Source: Macrostomum lignano (lineage: Eukaryota). Taken from it: a stretch of DNA of 64,000 nucleotides. Shown in pieces: positions 1 to 12,787 of the stretch (positions within the stretch are counted from its first letter, which is position 1; each line of letters begins with the position of its first letter). The notes beneath the pieces were generated by a model. The model saw only the letters and a list, made by a program, of their open reading frames with translations, was not told the DNA's origin and searched no databases. The translations under genes and the position numbers were made by a program. The stretch covers positions 62,001 to 126,000 of the forward strand of contig NIVC01001705.1 of NCBI GenBank assembly GCA_002269645.1, read 5' to 3'.

Positions 1-2024
1 TCTAATGATCCTGTAATCTAGTGATCCTGTAATCTAGTGATTTTGCGATCTTGTGATCCTGTAATCTAGTGATCCAGTAATCTAATGATCCTGTAATCTA
101 ATGATCCTGTAATCTAATGATCCTGTAATCTAGTGATCCTGTAATCTAGTGACTCTGTAATATAATGATTCTGTAATTTGCGATAGTCGAGAAGATTGAA
201 CGGGCGGTACTGGGTGACGGTTACGCCCTGGCTCTTTTTCTCGACATTGTTGGCGCCTTCGACAACGTTATCTTTGAAGCGTTTCAGAGGGCCCTTCAAA
301 ATCACAAAGCTCACGCTACTCTCATACGGTGGATCAAGTACATGATCTCTAAACGTACGGTAACTGCCTAACTTCTTGGGCAAACTGCCTCCACCAGAGT
401 CTGTAAGGGTGGACCCCAAGGCGGAGTCCTCACCCCGACGCTCTGGAACCTGGTCATGAACGCTCTTCTGGGCGACTCCCGACCTGATCCCGTCTTCAAA
501 GTCGGGTATGCTGACGACGTCACTGCCATTGTGGCTGGGCCGTCCCCCAGCACGCTCAGAGATCTGATGCAGAGCTTTATCCGCAAAGCAGAATCCTGGG
601 CCGATGACAACGGTCTGGAACTCTCTGAGCCCAAAACTGTTGCCATTATGTTCACCAGTAGAATTCGCTGAAACATACGACCTCTGCAGCTATACGGCAT
701 AGATATTGCCTTCGCGCACCAGACCAGATGTCTCGGGGTCATACTTGACCACCGGCTCAACTGGTCCTTCTACGTGAAAGCAAAAGCCAAGCGTGCCTCA
801 GCCATCCTGGCCCAGCTCCGACGAGCACTTGGCACTTCTTGGGGTCTATCCCCAAAGCGGCTTTGGCGGATCTACACTTCCGTAGTTAGACCTGCCATTA
901 CGTACGCCTCTGTTGTCTGGGTTAGCGCTACCCAGGTCAAAAGCCATGCAGATTTGCTCAACACGATCCAGGGCAGAGCGTGTAGGCTTATCTGCAACGC
1001 CACCAGGTCCACGCCCTTTGCCGGCATGGGGGCCTTCCTTAATCTACCGCCTCTCGACCTCTTCGTCAGGGGTAAGGCGGCTAGAACGACGCGGCGTTTA
1101 CTTGATGCCGGTGTCAAATTCCTTTACATGAGGGCACCTGCTAAGCGGAACCTCGTCCCGCATAGCGACCTGTGCCTCAACTTTCTCAACGAGTGTCAGG
1201 CCAATCGCGTCTTCACCGATGCCATTGCCTCAACGCTCAACCTGAGACAACGCTACTCCGTAGCTATCGATTCGCGCGATGCCATCAATGACCACTGGAA
1301 CCCTGGTGAGCTTCACTGCTACACCGATGGTTCTAAGCAGTCAGCCAACACCGGTTTTGGTGTTGGAATCTTCCTGAACGGGAGGGTTATCGCAACCCAC
1401 GCTCAGTACACTGGGGTCAACTCCAGTGTCTTCCAAAATGAAGTTCTCGCCATCAGCTCCTGCACCGCAGAGCTCCTCGCCACTGGCGTTACCGGTAAGA
1501 ACATCATTTTCCATTCGGAAAGCCAAGCTGCCTTGCACGCCATCAGTGGCTGCAGCACCAATTCAGCTACAGTCCTCGACTTATCAAACTCCTCAACAGG
1601 TTGGGCTCCATCAACAAAATCACCCTCATGTGGGTTCCGGGGCATGTGGGGATCCGAGGGAATGAGCTGGCTGACGCCCTTGCGAAAGTTGGCGCCTCCG
1701 GCTCCTCTCTCGGTCCTGTTTAGTGAGTAATCTAATGATCCTGTAATCTAGTGACTCTGTAATATGATGGTCCTGTAATCTAGTGATCCTGTAATCTAGT
1801 GATCCTGTAATCTAGTGATCCTGTAATCTAGTGACTCTGTAATATGATGGTCCTGTAATCTAGTGATCCTGTAATCTAATGATCCTGTAATCTAGTGATC
1901 CGGTAATTTAATGATCCTTTAATCTAGTGATCCTGTAATCTAGTGATCCTGTAATCTAGTGATCCTGTAATCTAGTGACTCTGTAATATGATGGTCCTGT
2001 AGTCTAATGATCTTGTAATCTAAT
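1..2024. repeat. 16-bp satellite (GATCCTGTAATCTAGT)n in two blocks, 1-180 and ~1720-2024, split by a retrotransposon fragment
   Basis: Unit recurs with period 16 (e.g. 1801, 1817), with a longer variant GACTCTGTAATATGATGGTCCTGT. Confidence 0.95.
183..1719 (+). mobile_element. Decayed non-LTR retrotransposon fragment (RT C-terminal half + RNase H), LOA/R1/I-group-like, truncated at both ends
   Basis: One frame from 183 reads LFLDIVGAFDNV...GPQGGVLTPTLWNL...GYADD...LGVILDHRLNW...YTDGS...FQNEVLAI...HSESQAAL, with in-frame stops near 368 and at 669-671. A frameshift near 1580 precedes WVPGHVGIRGNELAD and SLGP. ORFs 456..671 and 774..1730 are pieces of it. Confidence 0.93.
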
Positions 2025-2869
2025 AACAGATGCCCATCTATTTCAATTCTGTGGAATTGGAAGCGGTCAGTCAGTTGACCTTCTCAGTTATGCGGATTTG
2101 GACTTTATCATATGAGACATGCGTGCATATATTCGCATGTACGAAAGCTCATACAAGTTGGCCCAAGCACTTCCACAAGCTATTTCGAAGCCGCACCTCC
2201 AGCTTATTAATTTGCTTCCGCCATATTGCCGCTCTGCTTCAGCTGATTGATCGCCCGTGCTGGACTCTCTCCCGGCATGCCGGCCATCGATTGCCGGCCG
2301 TCTTATCTCTGAGGCTGAGGATGCAGCCAGTCTCATTATAACTGTGGCCCCCCCCGCCTCTCTGAGCAGCCTCTCAAGCTCGTCGGCGTCACCGCCTTTT
2401 TTCCGCCCCTCCGCCCCGTTCGCCCAGGTGCTTTGAGTACCGGAATTATCGCCTGTAATTAACTGCAAAAGCGGAGAGTGTAAGAGGATCACATCTCTCC
2501 CCCCCCCTCTCTCTCTCTGCTCCGGCTACCCCCGCAACCCCGATTCCCGATTTATCCTTTGTGCCCCTTCTGCTCGAGCACGATCGGCATTTTCGCGGTC
2601 GAGCCGACAAAACTGTCAGCTTAGCGGGCAAGTTGATATACATGGATCTCTTTATAAAAAAAGTACCCCAGGTAATGATGAAGCTGTGCAGAGACCTATT
2701 CAATTCAGCCACCTCCCTCACTCGAGAAAAGAAGGTTAAAAGTTTCCAAGTATTGACCAGTAAGGAAAAGCCGTGACATCAAGTGACGAACTTCAAGTGA
2801 CAGGGGCTGGTGCCAAATGGGAGCTGGGAGCTGCATTTGACGAGACTGCTAAACCCGGCGACTTGCTGA

Positions 2870-3765
2870 GGAGGGAGAGAAGAGAAGGGAGAGTAGAGAA
2901 AGGGGATCGAGTTGAGAGAGAGCAGAAAGAGGGGGAGAGAGGGGAGAGAGGAGAGAGAGAGGGGGTGAGAAGTGAGGGAAAGAAGGCAAGAGAGGGAAAA
3001 GAGAGGGGACAGAGGGGAGGGAGGGAAGAGAGTTGAGAGAGGGCAGAAAGAAGGAGAGAGAGGGGAGAAAATGCAGAGAGGGGAAAAAGAGGAGAAGGAG
3101 AGAGGGGGAGAGGGGAAAGAGAGCGGAGAGAGGAGAGAGAGCTGGGGGAGAGAAGGCAGAGAGGGGAAAGAGAGGAGAGAGAGGTGGGGGAGAGAAGGCA
3201 GAGAGGGGAAAGAGAGGAGAGAGAGGTGGGGGAGAGAAGGCAGAGAGGGGAAAGAGAGGAGAGAGAGGTGGGGAGAGAAGGCAGAGAGGGAAAAGAGAAG
3301 AGAGAGAGGTGGGGGAGAGAAGGCAGAGAGGGGAAAGAGAGGAGAGAGAGGTGGGGAGAGAAGGCAGAGAGGGGAAAGAGAGGAGAGAGAGGTGGGGGAG
3401 AGAAGGCAGAGAGGGGAAAGAGGGGGAAGAGAGGGAAGAGAGGGGAGGGAGGGGAAGAGAGTGGAAGAGAGGGGAGGGAGGGGAGAGAGGGGAAGAGAGT
3501 GGAAGAGAGGGGAGGGAGGGGAGAGAGGGAGAGAGGGGAAGAGAGGGAGGGAGGGGGAGAGAGGGGAGGGAGGGGAGAGAGGGGAGGGGGGTAGAGAGGG
3601 GAGGGAGGGGAAGAGAGTGGAAGAGAGGGGAGGGAGGGGGAGAGAGGGGAGAGAGGGGAAGAGAGGGAGGGAGGGGGAGAGAGGGAGAGAGGGGAAGAGA
3701 GGGAGGGAGGGGAGAGATGGGAGGGAGGGGGAGAGGGGAGGGAGGGGGAGAGAGTGGAGAGAGGA
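2870..3765. repeat. Purine-rich (GA/GGA) low-complexity tract with an internal ~40-bp minisatellite
   Basis: Almost exclusively G/A on +; source of the spurious E/R/G-rich and S/P/L-rich ORFs. Confidence 0.92.
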
Positions 3766-4479
3766 GCCACTAAGTTGTCAAGCCTCTCTGGCAGAAGCAA
3801 CATTTACCAGCAAAAAGTGTACATTCAACAACAGGCAGAAATCATGCAGACTCTCAATCTGTGGAGTCAAATCTGTCCCATTATGAGCTGAAAAAAATAT
3901 CGAACGATGTGTAGTGTAAAAAACATCTGAAATTTGAACAAAAAATGCTTCAGCTGTTCTACTAATGCACGGTCGTGGATGTCTTGATAAAATATCATAA
4001 TACTCGTACTGCTGTAATAAGTTGGCAAATAGGTCCATTTAAACAAAAGTTCTGTCATAAAACTTTGTCGGAGTCTCGTCACGACCCACTTTATTATCTA
4101 GCAGGCAGTCAAGAAGACAATATAAGGAATCAGATCGCTAATCCTCCTCTAGTCCCTCTCTCGGTGGAATTAACCCAAGCATAAATAATTTATTGATATT
4201 AAAAAAATCTTGAGGAACAGGGCTTTAGGATAGAGCATTACAGCTGCAACTTATCTGGGGGTAGATAGGCCTGCTGTAGATCAGCCTCAGAAATTGCAAC
4301 ACTCAAACAGGCTGCCAAGAAAGAACTACAGGGTGGGAAAGTTAAGTGACATCTGGCTGAGTGGCGAAATTCAAGATTAGCCAGGATTAGCTAAACGTTA
4401 TAGGAAAAATATTGCTACAAATCTGGGATGAATGTGAAGATATGAAGGTGGCGAGGGATACAAAGGACAGCGCACAGTG

Positions 4480-5435
4480 GAGAGGGGTGTAGCGAGGGAT
4501 AGAGAGGACAGTGGAGAAGGTATGTAACGAGGGATAGAGAGGACAGTGGAGAAGGGGTAGAGATGACAGTGTAGATAGAGGGATGTAGCAAGGGATAGAG
4601 AAGACAGTGTAGATAGAGGGGTGTAGCGAGGGATAGAGAGGACGGCGGAGAGGGGTGTAGCGAGGGATAGAGAGGACGGCGGAGAGGGGTGTAGCGAGGG
4701 ATAGAGAGGACGGGGAGAGGGGTGTAGCGAGGGATAGAGAGGACGGCGGAGAGGGGTGTAGCGAGGGATAGAGAGGACGGCGGAGAGGGGTGTAGCGAGG
4801 GATAGAGAGGACGGCGGAGAGGGGTGTAGCGAGGGATAGAGAGGACGGCGGAGAGGGGTGTAGCGAGGGATAGAGAGGACGGCGGAGAGGGGTGTAGCGA
4901 GGGATAGAGAGGACGGCGGAGAGGGATGTAGCGAGGGATAGAGAGGACAGCGGAGAGGGGTGTAGCGAGGGATAGAGAGGACGGCGGAGAGGGGTGTAGC
5001 GAGGGATAGAGAGGACGGCGGAGAGGGGTGTAGCGAGGGATAGAGAGGACGGCGGAGAGGGTGTAGCGAGGGATAGAGAGGACGGCGGAGAGGGGTGTAG
5101 CGAGGGATAGAGAGGACGGCGGAGAGGGGTGTAGCGAGGGATAGAGAGGACGGCGGAGAGGGGTGTAGCGAGGGATAGAGAGGACGGCGGAGAGGGATGT
5201 AGCGAGGGATAGAGAGGACAGCGGAGAGGGGTGTAGCGAGGGATAGAGAGGACGGCGGAGAGGGGTGTAGCGAGGGATAGAGAGGACGGCGGAGAGGGAT
5301 GTAGCGAGGGATAGAGAGGACGGCGGAGAGGGGTGTAGCGAGGGATAGAGAGGACGGCGGAGAGGTGTAGCGAAGGATAGAGAGGACAGCAGAGAGGTGT
5401 GTAGCGAGGGATAGAGAGGACGGCAGAGAGGTGTG
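4480..5435. repeat. 34-bp minisatellite (GATAGAGAGGACGGCGGAGAGGGGTGTAGCGAGG)n
   Basis: Period 34 (4801, 4835); near-identical core ~4620-5430, degenerate edges. Confidence 0.95.
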
Positions 5436-5506
5436 TAAAAAAGAAATGGAGAGGAGATGGACAGAGCCGGTGAAAATGCAGAGGGAGATTGGAGGATTTG
5501 CCTTAC

Positions 5507-5773
5507 CTTTGCGGCTTCGTCAAACTCCGCGTCGCTGCAGCCGCCGGCCTCGTCGCCGCAATAGACGCCGCCATCGTCCGGTTTGGCGGCTGTTGACGCC
5601 GCCGTCAGGGCCGCGGCATCCTTGGCGGAGTCCTTGGAGAAAATTCTGACAGTTCGAATCACCGCCAGCCGCTTGCGCAACGGCGCCCAGGCCGCTTTGG
5701 GGCCGCCGCCGCCGCCGCCGCCGCCACCATCGCTGCCGGAGCCTCCGCCGTCAGCAGTGGAATTTGCCGACAT
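5507..5773 (-). CDS. Probable first coding exon (89 codons) of an unidentified gene; Gly/Ala-rich N-terminus with a basic amphipathic segment
   Basis: ATG at 5773; MSANSTADGGGSGSDGGGG...AAWAPLRKRLAVIRTVRIFSK...FDEAAK ends at a consensus donor AAG|GTAAGG (5507/5506). GC-rich codon usage resembles the other genes here. No downstream exon identified. Confidence 0.5.
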
Positions 5774-6589
5774 TTGATTATGAAAAAGATCAAGCGACTC
5801 GAGCAGCCTCTCCTCAACCGATTAGCAACCGAACCGAATCCATTCAGGTTGAGACAACGACTTGGCGGGCTATTCTGTCTCTCTGTAGTGAAGTAGGAAA
5901 ACTCCCAAGAAGATTTCTCAGCTCCTCCATCCCGTCTCGCCGTTTTCATCCTTACTGAGCGGGCGGGGAGCAGCCCGAGGAGCTCACCTATTGGGCGGGG
6001 AGGAAGCTTTGTAAATAGCTTAAGCTGCACCGAGGATGCTGCACGGGCTCTCTGAGATAGTAAAAGGGTGGATGGGGCGGCGGAGGCGACGGTACAGCAA
6101 GGCAGAGGCGGCAGCAGCAGGACGGGAGGGTCGAGTCGAGCGCAGCAGAGAGTCGCCTGGGCATTGCACACGCAATCCGCTAATCCCCGAAACCTCCCGT
6201 CTGTCTGTCTGTCTCTCTCGAGTTGAAATCGAGCTCAATGCTGTGTGTGAGTCTCAGCAACTCGCAAAGCTTACGGCTGATTTAAAGGGGGGCGGGTGGA
6301 GCAGCCGAGATAGGTGCAACAGGAGCGGCCGCCTGCTGCACGAGTCTGCAAAACAGAGTAAGGGATAAAGAGGGAGAGGATTTTCTTTAGGAAAATATTC
6401 CCCTTGTCTGTTTTCGCCGCGGCAACGACAAGCTGGCGAGCCTGTGAGCAGGGATTTTCCGCTAAAATATTCCCCTCAATGTTTTTACACAACTGTCTGA
6501 CCGCTGTTGACCCTCTGCCTCGATTGCGACTGAATTTGCTCCCGCGTTTATTATCCTACTGCTGATGGGGCACTTTTGCACCACTGCCA

Positions 6590-7825
6590 TTCTCCTCTCA
6601 GCATCTCTCCGCCTCTCTCCCTCTCCCCTTTCATCACCTTCCCACTCCCCCTCTCTCCCTCTCCTTTTCTCCGCCTTCCCTCTTCCCTCTCTCTTACTCT
6701 CACTCTCACTCTCCCCTCTCTCTCACTCTCCCCTCTCTCTCACTCTCCCCTCTCTCTCACTCTCCCCTCTCTCTCACTCTCCCCTCTCTCTCACTCTCCC
6801 CTCTCTCTCACTCTCCCCTCTCTCTCACTCTCCCCTCTCTCTCACTCTCCCCTCTCTCTCACTCTCCCCTCTCTCTCACTCTCCCCTCTCTCTCACTCTC
6901 CCCTCTCTCTCACTCTCCCCTCTCTCTCACTCTCCCCTCTCTCTCACTCTCCCCCCTCTCTCCCTCTCCCCTTTCATCACCTTCCCACTCCCCCTCTCTC
7001 CCTCTCCTTTTTCTCCGCCTTCCCGCTCTCCCTCTCTCCCTCTCCCCTCTCTCCCTCTCTCATTTCTCCAGCTTCCCTCTTCCCTCTCTCTCACTCTCCC
7101 TCTCCCTTTCCCCTCCTCTCCCTCTCCCCTCTCTCACTCTCCCCTCTCTCTCACTCTCCCCTCTCTCTCACTCTCCCTCTCCCTTTCCCCTCCCTCTCCC
7201 TCTCCCCTCTCTCACTCTCCCCTCTCTCTCACTCTCCCCTCTCTCTCACTCTCCCCTCTCTCTCACTCTCCCCTCTCTCTCACTCTCCCCTCTCTCTCAC
7301 TCTCCCCTCTCTCACTCTCCCTCTCCCTCTCCCCTCTCTCTCACTCTCCCCTCTCTCTCACTCTCCCCTCTCTCTCACTCTCCCCTCTCTCTCACTCTCC
7401 CCTCTCTCTCTCTCTCCCTCTCCCTCTCCCCTCTCTCACTCTCCCCTCTCTCTCACTCTCCCTCTCCCTCTCCCCTCTCTCTCACTCTCCCCTCTCTCTC
7501 ACTCTCCCTCTCCCTCTCCCTCTGCCCTCTCTCTCACTCTCCCCTCTCTCTCACTCTCCCTCTCCCTCTCCCCTCTCTCTCACTCTCCCCTCTCTCCCTC
7601 TCCCTCTCTCTCTCCCCTCTCTCTCACTCTCCCTCTCCCTCTCCCTCTCCCCTCTCTCTCACCTTCCCTCTCCCTCTCCCCTCTCTCTCTCACTCTCCCT
7701 CTACCCTCTCCCCTCTCTCTATCTCCCGTTTCTCCGCCTTCCTACTCTCCCTCTCTCTCACTCTCCCTCTCTCTCATTCTGCCTCTCTCCCTCTCCCCTC
7801 TCACCTATCTCCCTTCCCTCCTTTC
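6590..7825. repeat. Pyrimidine-rich tract built on a 17-bp unit (CCCCTCTCTCTCACTCT)n
   Basis: Period 17 (6781, 6798) within C/T-only sequence. Confidence 0.92.
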
Positions 7826-8384
7826 CGCACTCAAGGATTAACTCTTGACCCTGGCCAAACTCATAAGAGTAGTTACTTTTAGTAAGCTAGTTAGCAAGAG
7901 TCTGACGCCCTGATACAGTATTCGTCTCGTTATCGATTCATTTTTTCTTAGGGTCGCCAGCTCAGCCAGTAGTACCTACTACAATAAAAGTACTCTAAGG
8001 ATGAAGAGAAAGGGCCAAAGACCAAGCAGGCAATTAAGTAAGCTGCCGCACCTGCCGTCAACCCCATTTATAAAGGCTAAGCGGCACCTTAGAATGCAGT
8101 TGTTATTTTTAGCATACCTCTATTAGCCGGGCACTGAAGGGCTCAATTGATTACCAATATGCTGGTGAATCTCTTTGCTCGTCCTCTGACTACTGAGTTG
8201 ACTTACCTGTATGAAGGAAGCTGAGTAGGGTTGCCAGCAGCTTTGCTATCGGCTGCGTGACCAACAAGTTCACAGCTCCTTGTATCACACTATTCACCAA
8301 AATATCAGCATATTATCAAAATTGATTCGCCAAACCGCCCACTCTTTCACCCACACTGTAGTCATGTTCACCAAACTATCAGCT

Positions 8385-9140
8385 TATTCACCAAACTGCC
8401 ACCCTATTCACCAAACTGCCACCCTATTCACCAAACTGCTACCCTATTCACCAAACTGCCACCCTATTCACCAAACTGCTACCCTATTCACCAAACTGCC
8501 ACCCTATTCACCAAAATGCTACCCTATTCACCAAACTGCCACCCTATTCACTAAACTGCCACCCTATTCACCAAACTGCCACCCTATTCACTAAACTGCC
8601 ACCCTATTCACCAAACTGCCACCCTATTCACTAAACTGCCACCCTATTCACTAAACTGCCACCCTATTCACTAAACTGCCACCCTATTCACTAAGCTGCC
8701 ACCCTATTCACTAAACTGCCACCCTATTCACCAAACTGCCACCCTATTCACTAAACTGCCACCCTATTCACCAAACTGCCACCCTATTCACTAAACTGCC
8801 ACCCTATTCACCAAACTGCTACCCTATTCACTAAACTGCCACCCTATTCACTAAACTGCCACCCTATTCACTAAACTGCCACCCTATTCACTAAACTGCC
8901 ACCCTATTCACTAAACTGCCACCCTATTCACTAAACTGCCGCCTTATTGATTAAACTTCACCCTATTCACCAAACTGCCACCCTATTCACTAAACTGCCA
9001 CCCTATTCACTAAACTTCCACCCTATTCACTAAACTGCCACCCTATTCACTAAACTGCCACCCTATTCACTAAACTGCCACCCTATTCACCAAACTGCCA
9101 CCCTATTCACCAAACTGCCACCCTAGTCAACAAACTGCCA
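8385..9140. repeat. 20-bp minisatellite (ACCCTATTCACYAAACTGCC)n
   Basis: Period 20, over 30 copies. Confidence 0.95.
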
Positions 9141-9514
9141 GCCGGACTCCGCAGCCCATCAAATGTCCCCAGTCTGCCTGCCTGCTGGTTGGTCACGTGA
9201 TGCCTAAATCTTCTCAATCCGGCAGTGATTAGTGAAGACAGTTTTTGAGCTCAACTTTTTCGAACATCCGCTTTTTCCGGGTGGTGGAGTGCAATCTGCG
9301 AGCAGCGGAAGCAGAGAGGCTGGCAAGCCTCATCAATAATCACGCTACTAGCTGCTGCCGACCGCTGTCTTCTTTCTAGGAACTCTTAATCCGCACGGAT
9401 TTTGATAAAAATGGAAAAAAATCTTTTGATCCTATGGGACGGTACGCATGTATTAAAAGCATTCCATTTCCACTTTTCCTCAACCACAAAAAATTTCTAG
9501 GCGATCTAATCTAA

Positions 9515-10275
9515 ATCTACTCCAATCTACTCTAACCTACTCCAACCTACTCCAACCTACTCTAACCTACTCTAACCTACTCCAACCTACTCCAACCTAC
9601 TCCAACCTACTCTAACCTACTCCAACCTACTCCAACCTACTCCAACCTACTCCAACCTACTCCAACCTACTCCAACCTACTCCAACCTACTCCAACCTAC
9701 TCCAACCTACTCCAACCTACTCCAACCTACTCCAACCTACTCCAACCTACTCCAACCTACTCCAACCTACTCCAACCTACTCCAACCTACTCCAACTTAC
9801 TCCAACCTACTCCAACCTACTCCAACCTACTGCAACTTACTCCAACCTATTTTATCTTATTCCAACCTACTCCAACCTAATCCAACCTACTCTAGCCTAC
9901 TCTAGCCTACTCCAACCTACTTTAACTTAATCCAACCTACTCCAACCTTACTCCAACCTACTCCAACGTTACTCCAACCTACTCCAACGTTACTCCAACC
10001 TACTCCAACCTACTCTAACCTTGCTCTAACTTACTTCAACTTACTCTAACTAACTTTAAAAAACCACTCCAATATACTCTAAACAACTCCAAACTACTTT
10101 AAACTACTCCTACTTATTCTAGACTACTCTAGCCGAACTCAAAACTATTCAAACCTACTCTAAACTACTCAAATTTAGCTTTAACCTATTCGTAGCTACT
10201 CAACCCTCCTTTAACAACCTGCTCTAAACTACTCTTAACTACTCAAAACTACCCTAAACTACTCCAATCTACACC
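9515..10275. repeat. 10-bp minisatellite (TCCAACCTAC)n, degenerate after ~10030
   Basis: Perfect period-10 core 9610-9790. Confidence 0.93.
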
Positions 10276-11099
10276 AAATAAATCTGACATACTCCATACT
10301 TCAAATTTTGGTCTTTTAGTAACTCCCAGTGAACTTCCTTGTAACTCCCCACATGCATACACTAGTACAACCTTCGAGAAAATAGCATTTTATACTCTCT
10401 AAAAGTCTACTAAAATATTTCAGTAATAAAATGCAATGCCGTCGCTGGGGAGAAGTGAAACACAAAGTCTTAAAATATCCGGTCAAGTAATTGACTTCAT
10501 TATAAACAAGGAACTGTACGAATTGGCGAAAGATGCCCGTTGGGAATCAGTGGGCGGGCGGAGGCGAGGCTGGCTGGGTGGGGTCCCCAAGTCCGTGATA
10601 TCGCCTCTCACGCGGTCGAACAGTCGAGGAGAGGAGAAGCAGAGGAGGTCAGGTTCAGTCTGATATAGATGCACTGATACGCGCGCCCTCAGGCCTGGGG
10701 GGGGGGGTGGCACAAAGGAAAATTACATCAAAGCGACTCCCCCTTGTGTGCCCGCGCCTCATGCCTTCATGGAGACACCGCCTGCTCTCTGCCCACCAGC
10801 AGCTCGGCCATGCACTGAAGACTTGACTTGCCTTCGGCTCTATTTGGCCGGCTCAGCACCCTCATTCATCTCTTTGTCCATCTATTCTCCTCCCAATACA
10901 GCCCCTGAGCCCCTTAGCCTCGTGCTAAGGCATTTTTTAAAGATCATAATAGAAACTATTCTCATGTCCAGCGCTCCTTTTGTTTACCTTTGCTGCCCGC
11001 CCGCTCCGGCATTCCGCTCCGCCTGGCTTTGGCTCTGTCGCTCTGTTTCACCGCCTGCCCGCTCTCGCCCACTGCAATATATTCCTTCTCACTTCTCTC

Positions 11100-12220
11100 C
11101 CTGTCTCTCCTCTCCTATCAACATCTATAGCCCTCCTGCCCTCTCTACCTCTCTCACTCTCCCTGTCTCTCCTTCCTATCAACCTCTATAGCCCCCCTGA
11201 CCTCTCTCCCCTCTCTCACTCTCCCTGTCTCTCCTTCCTATCAACCTCTATAGCCCTCCTGCCCTCTCTCCCTCCTGCCCTCTCTCCCTCCTGCCCTCTC
11301 TCCCTCCTGCCCTCTCTCCCTCCTGCCCTCTCTCCCTCCTGCCCTCTCTCCCTCCTGCCCTCTCTCCCTCCTGCCCTCTCTCCCTCCTGCCCTCTCTCCC
11401 TCCTGCCCTCTCTCCCTCCTGCCCTCTCTCCCTCCTGCCCTCTCTCCCTCCTGCCCTCTCTCCCTCCTGCCCTCTCTCCCTCCTGCCCTCTCTCCCTCCT
11501 GCCCTCTCTCCCTCCTGCCCTCTCTCCCTCCTGCCCTCTCTCCCTCCTGCCCTCTCTCCCTCCTGCCCTCTCTCCCTCCTGCCCTCTCTCCCTCCTGCCC
11601 TCTCTCCCTCCTGCCCTCTCTCCCTCCTGCCCTCTCTCCCTCCTGCCCTCTCTCCCTCCTGCCCTCTCTCCCTCCTGCCCTCTCTCCCTCCTGCCCTCTC
11701 TCCCTCCTGCCCTCTCTCCCTCCTGCCCTCTCTCCCTCCTGCCCTCTCTCCCTCCTGCCCTCTCTCCCTCCTGCCCTCTCTCCCTCCTGCCCTCTCTCCC
11801 TCCTGCCCTCTCTCCCTCCTGCCCTCTCTCCCTCCTGCCCTCTCTCCCTCCTGCCCTCTCTCCCTCCTGCCCTCTCTCCCTCTCTCCTCTCCTATCAACC
11901 TCTATAGCCCCCCTGCCCTCTCTCCCTCCTGCCCTCTCTCCCTCCTGCCCTCTCTCCCTCTCTCCTCTCCTATCAACCTCTATAGCCCTCCTGCCCTCTC
12001 TCCCTCTCTACATCTCCCCTCTCTCCGTCTCTCTTCTCTCCCTCTTCTCTCTCTCCCTCTCCCTCTTTCCCTCTTTCCCTCTCCCCTCTCTCCGTCTCTC
12101 ATCTCTCACTTTCTCTTCTCTCCCTCTCCCTTCTCTCCCTCTCCCATCTCTGCCTCTCCCCTCTCTTCCTCTCCCCTCTCTCCTCTATCCCTCTCTCCCT
12201 TCCTCTCTCCCCCTCCTTCC
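11100..12220. repeat. 16-bp minisatellite (GCCCTCTCTCCCTCCT)n within a C/T-rich tract
   Basis: Period 16 (11341, 11357), homogeneous ~11255-11875. Confidence 0.94.
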
Positions 12221-12787
12221 TCAAGACTGTTTCTCACATCCCTCTCACAACTTTGCATTAATTTTAAATACAATCTGCTTCTACCACGGTAGAAATTTAA
12301 CTATCCTCTAAAGTCGTTTCTCTCACACGTACCGGACTTTGCCCGTCTGTAAACGACGTACGTTGATTAAATTGTATTAATGCTGAAATTATTTTTTGAA
12401 GACTCTACTCAAACGCTTTAGAAAAACAGTAGTCTAATACGCATTTTTTATTTAACAGAAATCAAGGCGAGAAGAGATGTCTGGCAGCTGTGCACCAGTT
12501 AATTTATTCTATTTTGAGCACAAGAAGCCGCTTGCAAATGCATTTATTTTACAAGTGCTCACAGGACTTCCGTTGGTGTAACTCATCTAGCTGGGGCACG
12601 AGTTCCCGCGGGAGATGGTCCAATTTCCTTCGCTCCATACGTCTCTCGAATCCAGCTCTCGTCCCTTGGAAACCAGCGAATTACGTATCCGTTTCGCACT
12701 GCCCATTGCTAATTTCCGTCATCTGAATTACAGTTTGCCTGTTTACGAGTCTAGTGAAAGTGCAAGGCCATTGTGTGCCGGACTGAC

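Noticed and set aside
4415-5506. C-terminal 360 aa of the 452-aa ORF 4415..5773
   Set aside because: Read-through past a consensus donor into the 34-bp minisatellite; treated as intron.
8226-9331. Possible hAT termini TAGGGTTGCCAGC / GCTGGCAAGCCTC around the 20-bp array
   Set aside because: Only an 11/13 match and no target-site duplication.
2793-12311. Long ORFs rich in S/P/L or E/R/G (e.g. 2793..3803, 2972..3886, 6565..7848, 10980..12311, 11248..11898)
   Set aside because: They are translations of stop-free purine or pyrimidine repeats, with no domain content.
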